Of a stretch of 63,359 bases of DNA, positions 40,317-49,681 are shown in pieces (the stretch's first letter is position 1; each line of letters begins with the position of its first letter). This DNA is from a virus (lineage: Duplodnaviria > Heunggongvirae > Uroviricota > Caudoviricetes). The position numbers and the translations under genes are program-made. The notes beneath the pieces were generated by a model, which did not search any database, had not been told where the DNA came from, and was given only the letters and a program-made list of their open reading frames with translations. Location of the stretch: the IMG/VR virus record IMGVR_UViG_3300013288_000004, positions 1 through 63,359 of that record; one strand, written 5' to 3'.

Positions 40317-41594
40317 TCAGGGAGTCCAATGGTCCCTAATCTCTGGATAATCTATTTGATGGGGTTTTGGTAATCCGTGAAAACACACTATTTTTGTATT
40401 TTTGGGAATTCTGAAAGCTTTATTCTTAACACAGTCTTTTTTATATGAAACTACATTATTCCCAAATATATCTTGAAAATATTTCATGGATTTGACATTT
40501 TCATTAATCCAACGTTGATCTCCTTCTGGCGTGTTATTCATTATGTATGTAGAATTTTTTACAAACCTTTCATACACATGATGATATTTGTCGTGCTGCC
40601 ATGACATAAGGCCACTGCCGAGTGTAACTGTTTTATAAAAATCACGTAAACCACAAAATTCAAACTGCTTTGATACAATATTATCAATATTATCAATGAT
40701 TACAGTGTCAAGATCTAAAAAGAAAACCTGTTTTCCTTGAAAAATATCAGGTCTGAATAATTCTATCTTACCCCACCATTTTTTATAATCATGTTTGAAC
40801 GGTATTACAGTGTCAACATTTGAATTGAAATTTGAAGAATCGTCAGTTAAGCATACAAATTCATAGGGTATGGTTACATTTCGTCTTATAGCATTTGCCA
40901 AGGCGTTTACATAATTATGATCATATATACCGCCTGTTTTAAGAACACATGATATTACCAATTTGTTTTCTACGTTTTGTATAGAATATAGTTCAGGTTC
41001 TTCAACTATTATCGATTCTTGTTTTATTTTTGAAATAGTAACACACTTTTCTATAATATTAACTTTTGTAGTAATATCGTTTAGATTTTTTTGTATAAAT
41101 TCATCAACAGATTTACTACTCAGTCTTTCACTATTTTGTTTATAATTTGTAATTATAATTTTTCCACCTAATGGAATCTTTTCCCAACAAAAATCTAGAG
41201 CTATTTGCGTTGGTTCTGCTTGTATTAAATCCAGCACACAAATAGATGGTGCTATCTTTGATATTTTTTTAACAGCGTCTTCTACATTTCTATAATCTGC
41301 AATAGTATATCTATTTTTCTCATTTTTCAGGTTAGATCCTAATCTATTAATTAAATCTTTTCTACTATAAGCAAATCTTCCTTTTTTATATAGACAGGTT
41401 TTATTATCTTTTTCAAAGTCAAAAATGGTTGGAACTTCCAAACCGGAAGAGTTATGGACTATAAAAAAATTTTTATTAGTTATATTATTTTTTAATAGTC
41501 GTATTATTATATCTCCTTTGTAAACTCTGAAAAATATAATATCACCATCTATCCCATTAGTCTCTTCAATAGCACTAGAAATAGTATCAAGCAT
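40317..41594 (-). CDS. Fusion of a degenerate TylF-like methyltransferase and a GT8-like glycosyltransferase
   Basis: N-terminal DGDII..VYKG and GGKIII; C-terminal CVLKTGGIY, FVCLTD, WWGKIELF, FLDLDTVI, GDQ, VCFHG.PKP. Confidence 0.8.
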   Translation of the reverse strand: MLDTISSAIEETNGIDGDIIFFRVYKGDIIIRLLKNNITNKNFFIVHNSSGLEVPTIFDFEKDNKTCLYKKGRFAYSRKDLINRLGSNLKNEKNRYTIADYRNVEDAVKKISKIAPSICVLDLIQAEPTQIALDFCWEKIPLGGKIIITNYKQNSERLSSKSVDEFIQKNLNDITTKVNIIEKCVTISKIKQESIIVEEPELYSIQNVENKLVISCVLKTGGIYDHNYVNALANAIRRNVTIPYEFVCLTDDSSNFNSNVDTVIPFKHDYKKWWGKIELFRPDIFQGKQVFFLDLDTVIIDNIDNIVSKQFEFCGLRDFYKTVTLGSGLMSWQHDKYHHVYERFVKNSTYIMNNTPEGDQRWINENVKSMKYFQDIFGNNVVSYKKDCVKNKAFRIPKNTKIVCFHGLPKPHQIDYPEIRDHWTP

Positions 41595-42261
41595 TTTTAA
41601 ATACCTCCAATGCTTCTTCTGGTTCATACCGATCAAAACATGTTATACTACTATCTTTACTCCCGTTAACAACAATTATTTTTTTCTTGATAATTTGCTG
41701 TAATGTTGATTGCATCATCAATGGTAAAAATTTTAAAGCCCTATTTTTTTGAGTATCAGAGTAATAATAACCAATGTCACCATCCATACCTAATATAAGT
41801 ATTTTTTTAGGTTCCATGTGGTATGCTAAATTGAAGGCACCAAAACCTGAATTACCAGTGTTAATACATCCCCTGTCTTCACTTAAACCCAATCGATATG
41901 CAGTTTCACTGGAAATTGATGGGTTGTTATGTGACATTAATCTGTTAAGATAAGTAATTTTTGTAGGAGCATTTATTCTATGTTGTGGATTTTTAGCATG
42001 TGTAGTTCCGAAATCTTGTGGCACTGCTGCATACAGTTTACCGTTTCCAGTTTTAGGAAGTTGATCGCCAGCTAACCCCCAAGGGTCTAAGGTAAACCAT
42101 GAATCGTAAAATGGTACACTAGTATAAGAATTATTAACACATATAATGTGCCCACAATTTCTTAATGAATTAAAATTAAAATTTCGTAAGCTTTTTCCAC
42201 TACATATAATTATGATATTGTCGTGTTGACATTCTACGTCGCCCCAAGTTACTCCTTTCAT
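41587..42261 (-). CDS. Maf/DUF115 (MptE-like, sialyltransferase-like fold) protein
   Basis: IICSGKSL, ICVNN, NSGFGAFNLAY, ILILGMD, VVNGS. Confidence 0.72.
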   Translation of the reverse strand: MKGVTWGDVECQHDNIIIICSGKSLRNFNFNSLRNCGHIICVNNSYTSVPFYDSWFTLDPWGLAGDQLPKTGNGKLYAAVPQDFGTTHAKNPQHRINAPTKITYLNRLMSHNNPSISSETAYRLGLSEDRGCINTGNSGFGAFNLAYHMEPKKILILGMDGDIGYYYSDTQKNRALKFLPLMMQSTLQQIIKKKIIVVNGSKDSSITCFDRYEPEEALEVFKNA

Positions 42262-42827
42262 TTTATTATTCCTTTTCTTGCATTACCAGACGATTTATGT
42301 AATATTACAGTATCTCTCTGGCGTTCATGTAACTTATTGATAATGAAGAATTTTTTTGGTAAAATTCTAGTTTTCATTATATCTTTCCATTTGTTTTGCC
42401 ATATTGATTCCAAATTTGCTTCATCCGTACCAGAACCATTGACACATGATGCTGTCCAATCTCGTAACATGTTTATAGAATTTTCTGTGTAATTAAATAA
42501 CATAGTGCCGACGCACCAAGTTCTTCTCGGACCCCATTCTTGCCTGATTCCCATCATGTCTACATCAACAGGAACATCAAGCTCTATAGGATTATATATT
42601 TCCGCATCAACATCTACCCACATGATGGTTTGTTTTTCTTCTTGAAGAGCCTTTAAGATGAATTCCGGTTTCTTCCTTGTATTAGAATGCCAGTCGCCCA
42701 TATCATCAAATCGTTCCATTATTAATTTGTTTTTACAATGATTTAGAAACATCTTTTTAAATTTATTACTACATTCAATGTAGTAATTGTTGGTACTAAA
42801 CGCTGTAACTACAATAGGAGTTATCAT
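42258..42827 (-). CDS. Nucleotide-diphospho-sugar transferase (GT-A)
   Basis: W..NTRKKPEFI, IMWVDVDA (DxD), GTMLF, TDE. Confidence 0.78.
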   Translation of the reverse strand: MITPIVVTAFSTNNYYIECSNKFKKMFLNHCKNKLIMERFDDMGDWHSNTRKKPEFILKALQEEKQTIMWVDVDAEIYNPIELDVPVDVDMMGIRQEWGPRRTWCVGTMLFNYTENSINMLRDWTASCVNGSGTDEANLESIWQNKWKDIMKTRILPKKFFIINKLHERQRDTVILHKSSGNARKGIIK

Positions 42828-43465
42828 ACAACATCCTCCAATTTCATTCTGGGAAAACATTTCAAATCAGAATTTGTTGATGTATTAATTACTGAGATCC
42901 CAGCACGTTTAAAAAATTCAGCCATGGATTGTATTGATGGAATGAACAGATTAGCATAAACTTCTGGCTTAATGGATAAACTATGACCTTGATGCCAATG
43001 CGACCTACTGTCGATAATCTTCATATCATATCCTAACAGGACTATCTTTTTAACTTTACAATTGTAGAGTAAGTTTAATATATGTGCACCGCTATTATTA
43101 CCCCTGACATTGTTAATTTCCGGATCTATTCCTCTATCACCCGTCCTTTTCAATATGAGAGAATTGCCAATGCCTAAATGTTTTTCATTCTCTAAATATT
43201 TGTTGGATACATGGAATTTACTGTGGAATCTGAATTTGGTAGGATGAGAAGATAAACCATCGATATGTTTTGCGGCCCATGTTTCATCCGCCCAATATAA
43301 TGCTAGTGCATCTGGGTAAATAGAGTATGCATTATTTAAACAAACTACATGCTTACCTTTCAATAATTCTAAATTCTGATTTTTTACTGTCGGTCCACCG
43401 GCAATTACATATACAGTTCTGCCAGATACTTTATCGTAAAACTCTTGAAGTGTTTTTCTTATCAT
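42824..43465 (-). CDS. Second Maf/DUF115-like protein
   Basis: VIAGGPTV, VCLNNAY, NNSGAHILNL, IVLLGYDM, SHWH, VINTS. Confidence 0.75.
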   Translation of the reverse strand: MIRKTLQEFYDKVSGRTVYVIAGGPTVKNQNLELLKGKHVVCLNNAYSIYPDALALYWADETWAAKHIDGLSSHPTKFRFHSKFHVSNKYLENEKHLGIGNSLILKRTGDRGIDPEINNVRGNNSGAHILNLLYNCKVKKIVLLGYDMKIIDSRSHWHQGHSLSIKPEVYANLFIPSIQSMAEFFKRAGISVINTSTNSDLKCFPRMKLEDVV

Positions 43466-43487
43466 GCTATAATTTTCTTAGATATCA

Positions 43488-43495
43488 TATTTATA
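43488..43495 (-). promoter_or_regulatory. Exact T4 late promoter TATAAATA heading the second GT cluster
   Basis: TATTTATA on the plus strand, 22 nt from the ATG at 43465. Confidence 0.7.
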
Positions 43496-43504
43496 GGACT
43501 AAAA

Positions 43505-44038
43505 ATGTTGTTCCCTACCATTAAAAAAGAATGTTCAGAATTCATACATAAGTCTAACGGTATACCACTATTCAAATCTTTAATCAGCGGAAAGGATGGA
43601 TTTATTCGGGTAAAGGCTAGACATAGAAAAATTCACGATGAATCATTCGAGAATGCTTTCAACTCGGCGTTTCAAAAACAAACAAACAAGATGTTATCAA
43701 AGGCTATTTTTTGTAACACCAATGAAGTGATACTACCAAACCATGAAAATTATTATGTATTCCCTATAGATGGATATAGAATTTTGTATAGTAAAAACGA
43801 TACAAATACTTCAAAAACTTATCAAACAGCCTTGACAGAAATTCTAGATATGGTAGCCGAAAATCACGCTGTCAGCTTGTTAACAACTATCCTGTCTGAT
43901 GATTACACAGATGAAAGTCTGAGCGAAGCGCTTTTAAATAAAAAAGAAATTTTGGTATATAATATACCATATTTTTATGCAGTAAAGTGCTCTTTGTTCC
44001 CCACAATCGACGATTATAAAAATATAATTTATAAGTGA
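43505..44038 (+). CDS. Conserved phage hypothetical protein
   Basis: YYVFPIDGY..LYS and EIL..IPYFYAV motifs; AGGA RBS. Confidence 0.6.
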   Translation: MLFPTIKKECSEFIHKSNGIPLFKSLISGKDGFIRVKARHRKIHDESFENAFNSAFQKQTNKMLSKAIFCNTNEVILPNHENYYVFPIDGYRILYSKNDTNTSKTYQTALTEILDMVAENHAVSLLTTILSDDYTDESLSEALLNKKEILVYNIPYFYAVKCSLFPTIDDYKNIIYK

Positions 44039-44119
44039 TTGATTTAACTATCAAAATGAAAATTTACAATAAAAAATCTAAATACATCTACCTCAAAAAT
44101 AAAAGGAAACACAAATAAA

Positions 44120-46336
44120 ATGATTAAACACGATACCAGACAATTAGCTTCGGATACAAAATTTTATGAATCATATTCTAGATTTTTAGAAGAGGAAAAT
44201 AGGTATGAGACATGGCATGAAAGTGTGGACAGAGTGTGCAATATGCACAGACAGAAATATGCAGAAATTTGGAACGATGAACTAGAACAAGTCCTTTTGT
44301 ATGCCAAAGAGCATTATTATGATAAGTTGATTCTGGGTGCACAAAGAGCGTTACAATTTGGTGGTGATTCATTGCTTAAACATGAAGCAAAAATATATAA
44401 TTGTACCTCATCTCACTTAGATCGTGTTAGATTTTTTTCAGAGTATATGTATCTACTGTTATGTGGCGCTGGTGTTGGGTTCTCGATACAGAGACACCAT
44501 ATAGCAAAGCTTCCTAAAATCTGTCAACGCTCAAATAGAGCAGTTCAGTTCACTATCGACGATTCTATCGAAGGTTGGGCAGACGCGATACAAGTATTAA
44601 TGGAATCGTTTTTTGAGGATGAAAATAACACATCTAAGTATTTTGGCAAGAAAGTGTATTTTGATTTTTCTAAAATAAGATCAAAAGGTTCTTTAATTTC
44701 AGGAGGGTTTAAAGCTCCCGGACCAGAACCACTAAGAAAATGCATTGCAATATGTGAAGAAATACTTACAAGAATATCGTATAATACGGGCGTTATAAAA
44801 ACTATAGAAGCGTATGATATCGCTATGCATATAGCGGACGCAGTAATAAGCGGAGGGGTAAGACGTGCAGCAACAATAGCATTATTTTCAGATGATGATG
44901 AAGATATGCTAGGTGCTAAAACCGGTAATTGGTTTGTGGATAATCCGCAAAGAGCCAGATCAAATAATTCTGTAATTTTATTAAGAAGTGAAACCACTTT
45001 AGAAAAATTAAATATTATTGCCGAATACATCAAACAATTTGGAGAACCCGGATTTATTTTAGCAGACAGTAAAGATTTTTGTTTTAATCCATGTGTAGAA
45101 ATCGGCATGTTACCAATAACAGAAGACGGCGAAAGCGGATTTCAAGCTTGTAATTTAACAGAGATAAATGGCTCCATGTGTGATTCTAGCGATATTTTTT
45201 ATAAGGCTTGTGAAGCTGCGTCCATAATAGGAACATTTCAAGCAGGCTATACAAATTTTAAATATTTGTCAGATGCCACAAAGAAAATCGTGGAAAGAGA
45301 AGCATTATTGGGAGTATCTATTACCGGATGGATGAATAACCCACAAGTTTTATTTGATGAAAACGTATTAAAGAAAGGTGCATTAATAGTAAATGAAACT
45401 AATAAAAAAGTAGCAAAATTGCTCGGAATAAATCAAGCAGCAAGAACAACATGTGTAAAACCTTCTGGAAATGCCAGTGTATTGCTTAAAACCGCTAATG
45501 GCATCCACGGAGAACATGCGAAATACTACATTAGACATATTCAGATGAATAAAGAAAGTGAAATAGCTAAATTAATTAAAAAAGAAATCCCAGAAATGTT
45601 AGAAGAATCTGTATGGAGTTCATCCAAAAGTGATTATTGTATATCATTTCCATTTGTATGTAAAGATAATAATATATTTAAAAATGAATTGTTGGGAATT
45701 AAACAGTTAGAGTTTGTCAAAAAAGCCCAACAATTTTGGGTAGAAAATGGTACAAACATAGAAATATGTAGAGACCCACAATTGAGACACAACGTATCTA
45801 ATACTATAACAGTGGATGATTGGGACTCCGTAATTAAATATGTCTACGATAATAAACAGTGGTTTGCGGGAATTTCATTCATTCCAATGACCGGTGACAA
45901 AGATTATGCACAAGCTCCAAATGCAGCGGTATTAGATGAAGATGATATTATAAAGAAATATGGATCAGGTGCATTGTTTGCTAGTGGTTTAATATGCCAT
46001 GGGCTTGATGCATTCAACGATGACTTGTGGTTAGCCATATCAACTTCTATGGGAATGGGTTTAGACGTTTCAGAAGAGAATCACAACAATTCATCAAAAC
46101 GTGACTTTGTTAAGCGTTTCAAAAAATTTGCCGACGCACAATTTAATGGTGATTTACAAATGTGTGCAGAATGTCTTAAAGATGTACACTATTTACACAA
46201 ATGGGAAAAAGTCCAGAGAGCATTAGAGAGGACAGGTGGAAGCATTGATTGGGCATTGGTGTCAACGCAGAAAGAAATAGATATTGATACCATGGGCGCT
46301 CAAGCGTGCAGTGGTGTTAAAGGTTGTGAAATATGA
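44120..46336 (+). CDS. nrdJ: Ribonucleotide reductase, probably class II (NrdJ, monomeric RTPR-like)
   Basis: YNC, GAGVGFS, GGVRRAA, NPCVEI, CNLTEIN, TCVKPSG, C-terminal CSGVKGC; no beta subunit in the window. Confidence 0.85.
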   Translation: MIKHDTRQLASDTKFYESYSRFLEEENRYETWHESVDRVCNMHRQKYAEIWNDELEQVLLYAKEHYYDKLILGAQRALQFGGDSLLKHEAKIYNCTSSHLDRVRFFSEYMYLLLCGAGVGFSIQRHHIAKLPKICQRSNRAVQFTIDDSIEGWADAIQVLMESFFEDENNTSKYFGKKVYFDFSKIRSKGSLISGGFKAPGPEPLRKCIAICEEILTRISYNTGVIKTIEAYDIAMHIADAVISGGVRRAATIALFSDDDEDMLGAKTGNWFVDNPQRARSNNSVILLRSETTLEKLNIIAEYIKQFGEPGFILADSKDFCFNPCVEIGMLPITEDGESGFQACNLTEINGSMCDSSDIFYKACEAASIIGTFQAGYTNFKYLSDATKKIVEREALLGVSITGWMNNPQVLFDENVLKKGALIVNETNKKVAKLLGINQAARTTCVKPSGNASVLLKTANGIHGEHAKYYIRHIQMNKESEIAKLIKKEIPEMLEESVWSSSKSDYCISFPFVCKDNNIFKNELLGIKQLEFVKKAQQFWVENGTNIEICRDPQLRHNVSNTITVDDWDSVIKYVYDNKQWFAGISFIPMTGDKDYAQAPNAAVLDEDDIIKKYGSGALFASGLICHGLDAFNDDLWLAISTSMGMGLDVSEENHNNSSKRDFVKRFKKFADAQFNGDLQMCAECLKDVHYLHKWEKVQRALERTGGSIDWALVSTQKEIDIDTMGAQACSGVKGCEI

Positions 46337-46361
46337 TAAACCAATAGGCAGAAATCATAAG

Positions 46362-46413
46362 TTGACAATAAGGCCAATGTGAGTTAGTCTGTAGGCTACT
46401 ACATTGGCCTTAT
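46362..46413 (+). promoter_or_regulatory. Sigma70-like promoter embedded in a long hairpin
   Basis: TTGACA (46362)-17 nt-TAGTCT (46385); arms ATAAGGCCAATGT / ACATTGGCCTTAT at 46368-46413. Confidence 0.65.
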
Positions 46414-46416
46414 CTT

Positions 46417-46794
46417 ATGAAGAATAAAAATATTTACGTTAGAATCACACAATATCAAAAACATCTAATCAAAGATTTATTAGAAGAAAACGGTATTTCA
46501 GTTTCGTTCGATGAAACTATAACACCCAGTGATCTTATATTATTCCAATATAACAATTCAAAAATACAAGAAGTTAAACTAAACAATTTTTCTGATGCAG
46601 AAATTCGTGTAACGCCAGAAGCTTTTATTGATATCGAGAAGATGGTCAATGGTGATATAAAAGATTTTTGTGGAATAATTTCTGACAAAGTATATTTGTC
46701 AATGGCAGAAACAAACATAATTTTACATAAAAATGGAAAGATTTTAATGGCCATGCCATTTTCATATACTCCTATTTACAAGGAAAACATCTAA
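46417..46794 (+). CDS. Hypothetical protein
   Basis: First ORF of a tightly packed run. Confidence 0.55.
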   Translation: MKNKNIYVRITQYQKHLIKDLLEENGISVSFDETITPSDLILFQYNNSKIQEVKLNNFSDAEIRVTPEAFIDIEKMVNGDIKDFCGIISDKVYLSMAETNIILHKNGKILMAMPFSYTPIYKENI

Positions 46795-47204
46795 TGAGTA
46801 TGTTTAATGTATACGAAGATTCTGTAGAAGAATTATTAAAAAATGAAATAGGCTACTGTCCGGGATGGCATGATCTAATACGAGAAGCATTCAAAAAGCT
46901 GTTATATCTCGCAGATCTTTTTAACATGGAAGAGATAAACATATGCCAAATAAAAGAAAAATTTGGAGGTTTACGATTATATCTAGATTTTCTTCCAACC
47001 GATAACAATGAAGAGATTGGAACTATGCAGGTACAGATCATGCAATCTATTTTAGATATTGCAGAGAGCCGTTCTTTGAATGTTTGCCAGAACACCGGAA
47101 AATATGGTAAGTTAAGAGATGTGAACGGATGGGTTATGACCCTATGCGATGAAGAATACGAAAAAGTAATAAACAAACTAGGAATGAAAAATGGCAAAAG
47201 TTAA
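46794..47204 (+). CDS. Conserved phage protein (QIKEKFGGLR family)
   Basis: GWHDLI, QIKEKFGGLRLY, AESRS..VC...G, GW..TLC. Confidence 0.75.
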   Translation: MSMFNVYEDSVEELLKNEIGYCPGWHDLIREAFKKLLYLADLFNMEEINICQIKEKFGGLRLYLDFLPTDNNEEIGTMQVQIMQSILDIAESRSLNVCQNTGKYGKLRDVNGWVMTLCDEEYEKVINKLGMKNGKS

Positions 47205-47463
47205 CATAATGAATGATACGTTTGAATTTGGTAAAGAAGATGTATATAGAATGATTTCAAATCATGGAAAATATGACTTCGACCTTTGTAAACAGATCAA
47301 GAAGTGGTTTGAATTAGAAGGAGTAGATCTTGATGGTATTACGCCAGTGTATTCTTTGGCAGAATCAAAGATTACTGGCATAGAATGTCGATATAATGTT
47401 GGGAATAGAAAGCACACACTCTTTCTTCAAAAAGACAATTATAAATTTGGTGAAATAAAGTAA
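47191..47463 (+). CDS. Hypothetical protein
   Basis: Coupled ORF, 90 aa. Confidence 0.55.
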   Translation: MAKVNIMNDTFEFGKEDVYRMISNHGKYDFDLCKQIKKWFELEGVDLDGITPVYSLAESKITGIECRYNVGNRKHTLFLQKDNYKFGEIK

Positions 47464-47464
47464 G

Positions 47465-47758
47465 ATGAAAGGCCAAGTTTATTCTATAGAGCTTCTGGAC
47501 GAAGATGATTGGGGACTACCACTCCCCGGTGAATTTGTGTATGATGAAGATGAAAATTCCAGAACGCTTATAGGTTTTATATCCAGTGCAGAATACAAAT
47601 CTATAAGAGTGTGTTTGTTTGAACCTATAGAATTACCAGAAAAAGCGTTTGACATTATAGAATCACTAAACAGGTGCGATGTCATAACACTAGCGCAATC
47701 TGCGCTAGAGAGCAATCCACACATGAGAAGAGAATGGGAAGAACTGTTAAATGATTGA
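47465..47758 (+). CDS. Hypothetical acidic protein
   Basis: Coupled ORF, 97 aa. Confidence 0.55.
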   Translation: MKGQVYSIELLDEDDWGLPLPGEFVYDEDENSRTLIGFISSAEYKSIRVCLFEPIELPEKAFDIIESLNRCDVITLAQSALESNPHMRREWEELLND

Positions 47759-47972
47759 TTATAATGAAATCGTTTACCCCATTAAGAATAGTACTCGAAA
47801 TTACCCATTATGGTGGTGCGACGCACACCAATGGTCTATAAATGCGAATAATTCTGGAAGGTGTTTTAGATGTGGCATTACTGTAAAATCATCTAAGCAA
47901 TTAGATAACACGAGCGGATGCGTACCACACTTAGTGAAAGCTTTTTCCAGTTGGAAACAAATGAAAACATGA
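47751..47972 (+). CDS. Small Cys/His-rich (Zn-ribbon-like) protein
   Basis: C..H.W and CFRCG. Confidence 0.5.
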   Translation: MIDYNEIVYPIKNSTRNYPLWWCDAHQWSINANNSGRCFRCGITVKSSKQLDNTSGCVPHLVKAFSSWKQMKT

Positions 47973-48490
47973 AAGTTAATATTACAAAATATCCTAAAGA
48001 TACATCTAAGCAAAGAAAAATCGATATAAGAATCGATAAGCATGATCTTTGGGATTTCAGGTCATCTGTAGGATTAATAATTCTTGAATGGTTAAAAGAG
48101 TTCAAGAACTACAATAAGCATGGCGTACCCGGTGACATGCCCGTATTTCAACAGATACAAGAGAGCTACACGCCGCAAGCGGCATTTGATTTTTATATAC
48201 AGGACAATCCCCCATTCTCCAATGCAGAAAAGGAATGGGATCAGATTTTAGAAAAGATGATCTGGTCTTTTGATGAAATCATCAATGAGACTAATGCTGA
48301 TTGTTATTGGAAAGTAAAACCAGAGGCAGATTGGGATAGTTTAATTGATGAACCTAATGAAAATGGAACTTTCGAAATGCGATGGAAAGTCCATGGAGAA
48401 ATAGACCAATACAAATACAAAGAGTATGGTGAAAAGGTACAAGAAGGTTTAGATTTATTTGCTAAATATTGCGTAAACTTATGGGATTGA
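47969..48490 (+). CDS. Conserved T4-like phage hypothetical protein
   Basis: IRIDKHDLW, WDQILEKMIWSF, VQEGLDLFAKY..NLWD; ATGA overlap. Confidence 0.75.
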   Translation: MKVNITKYPKDTSKQRKIDIRIDKHDLWDFRSSVGLIILEWLKEFKNYNKHGVPGDMPVFQQIQESYTPQAAFDFYIQDNPPFSNAEKEWDQILEKMIWSFDEIINETNADCYWKVKPEADWDSLIDEPNENGTFEMRWKVHGEIDQYKYKEYGEKVQEGLDLFAKYCVNLWD

Positions 48491-48493
48491 GTC

Positions 48494-48673
48494 ATGGCCA
48501 AAAAAGACAACACAGAAGAATTAAGACAAGTCTTATATAATTACGTTGATAAGTGGTTCGATGACATGCAAATTGGCTGTGTAGAGTCCATAGGACAATG
48601 TGACAGAGTGATACTGAATGCTCAAGAATTCATTGAAAATATATTCGAAATAATAAGAGATGATAACTACTAG
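48494..48673 (+). CDS. Small hypothetical protein (59 aa), not in the ORF track
   Basis: MAKKDNTEELRQVLYNYVDKWFDD...IRDDNY*; fills the gap directly after the upstream stop. Confidence 0.6.
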   Translation: MAKKDNTEELRQVLYNYVDKWFDDMQIGCVESIGQCDRVILNAQEFIENIFEIIRDDNY

Positions 48674-48813
48674 GATGAAGTGTAATGGCAAACGTAATTA
48701 AGATGCAACACAATTATAGAAATTGGTCTATAAGATTAAATAATACAGAAACGTAGAATTGGTTTCCACGTAAATTGGTACAGTTCAGCTAAATATATAA
48801 AAAAGGCAATGAC

Positions 48814-48990
48814 ATGTCAGTAGAAATAAATGGCAAAACATATAATGAAGGTGATGAAGTATCTATAAACGGTAGAAAAGGTGTACTGTGGAAATTCTAC
48901 CACGCCGATGGTGTAACGTCAGTTGCAGTAAAGTATGACAATTTTGTTTATGAAATGTTTCTGTTAGAAAATCTTGTTTTGGATAATTAA
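48814..48990 (+). CDS. Small SH3/KOW-like hypothetical protein (58 aa), not in the ORF track
   Basis: MSVEINGKTYNEGDEVSINGRKGVL...LVLDN*; CTAAATA upstream. Confidence 0.6.
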   Translation: MSVEINGKTYNEGDEVSINGRKGVLWKFYHADGVTSVAVKYDNFVYEMFLLENLVLDN

Positions 48991-48992
48991 CA

Positions 48993-49271
48993 ATGGCTGA
49001 TACCTTAGATTACGAATTGGACATTGGCCAGACATTTTACGTTGTTAACGAAGAAACTGAATGCATTAAGAAAGGTGTATGTAGATTAGTTGATATTAAA
49101 ATATATCTTAGTGATCCTACAATTGAAGATGATTCGGAGATTGTCAACGAAACTAGATATCTAATAGAAACCGAAGCTGGGGAAACGTTTATGACATTTG
49201 AAGAAAATGTATACGACACATTTGCAGACGCCGCCACAGCATTAGAACAGTTGATTGACTCAGAAGAGTGA
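48993..49271 (+). CDS. Hypothetical acidic protein
   Basis: 92-aa coupled ORF. Confidence 0.6.
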   Translation: MADTLDYELDIGQTFYVVNEETECIKKGVCRLVDIKIYLSDPTIEDDSEIVNETRYLIETEAGETFMTFEENVYDTFADAATALEQLIDSEE

Positions 49272-49311
49272 TTGCACTATGATTGTCCCACCGAAAAATG
49301 GGACAATAAAA

Positions 49312-49680
49312 ATGTCAGAAAATAATAAAGAAACAATATCTCTCTTTGGATACATTGGTAGATTGTTAAGAGAATTTTGTTTAGTAATTGTGTTACAAAC
49401 TGTTTTATTCACCTTATTCTGGAATATGACTGTAGTAGGAGTCTTTAACACACAAGATTATACAATAAATATTTTAACAGGGTTATACGCAATACTTACA
49501 TTTAAAGTATTTACTTTTAGTTATGTTCAATTATTAATTAGAAGCAATACAGCAATGATTCAGGCATATGTGTCTACTGAAGTTGAATATAGAAAAGCCA
49601 AAGATGCCATGCTGGCGTCATACATGCTAGACGCAATGACAAAGAGTGAAGATAAAAGCGACACACAAATAAATAGTTAA
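49312..49680 (+). CDS. Two-TM membrane protein
   Basis: Two hydrophobic segments. Confidence 0.6.
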   Translation: MSENNKETISLFGYIGRLLREFCLVIVLQTVLFTLFWNMTVVGVFNTQDYTINILTGLYAILTFKVFTFSYVQLLIRSNTAMIQAYVSTEVEYRKAKDAMLASYMLDAMTKSEDKSDTQINS

Positions 49681-49681
49681 A

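Noticed and set aside
22233-43465. Glycosyltransferases as DNA hypermodification enzymes
   Set aside because: No hydroxymethylase or T4-type glucosyltransferase is recognisable, ThyA looks canonical, and the families seen act on proteins or surface glycans; not fully excluded
44545-45108. 187-aa antisense ORF, and similar short shadow ORFs throughout the window
   Set aside because: They lie opposite or inside well-supported genes and lack motifs or initiation signals
48685-48793. Short ORF with possible TAG read-through, suggesting an alternative genetic code
   Set aside because: Long conserved genes are intact under code 11 and TAG ends genes such as RNase H; no suppressor tRNA is seen
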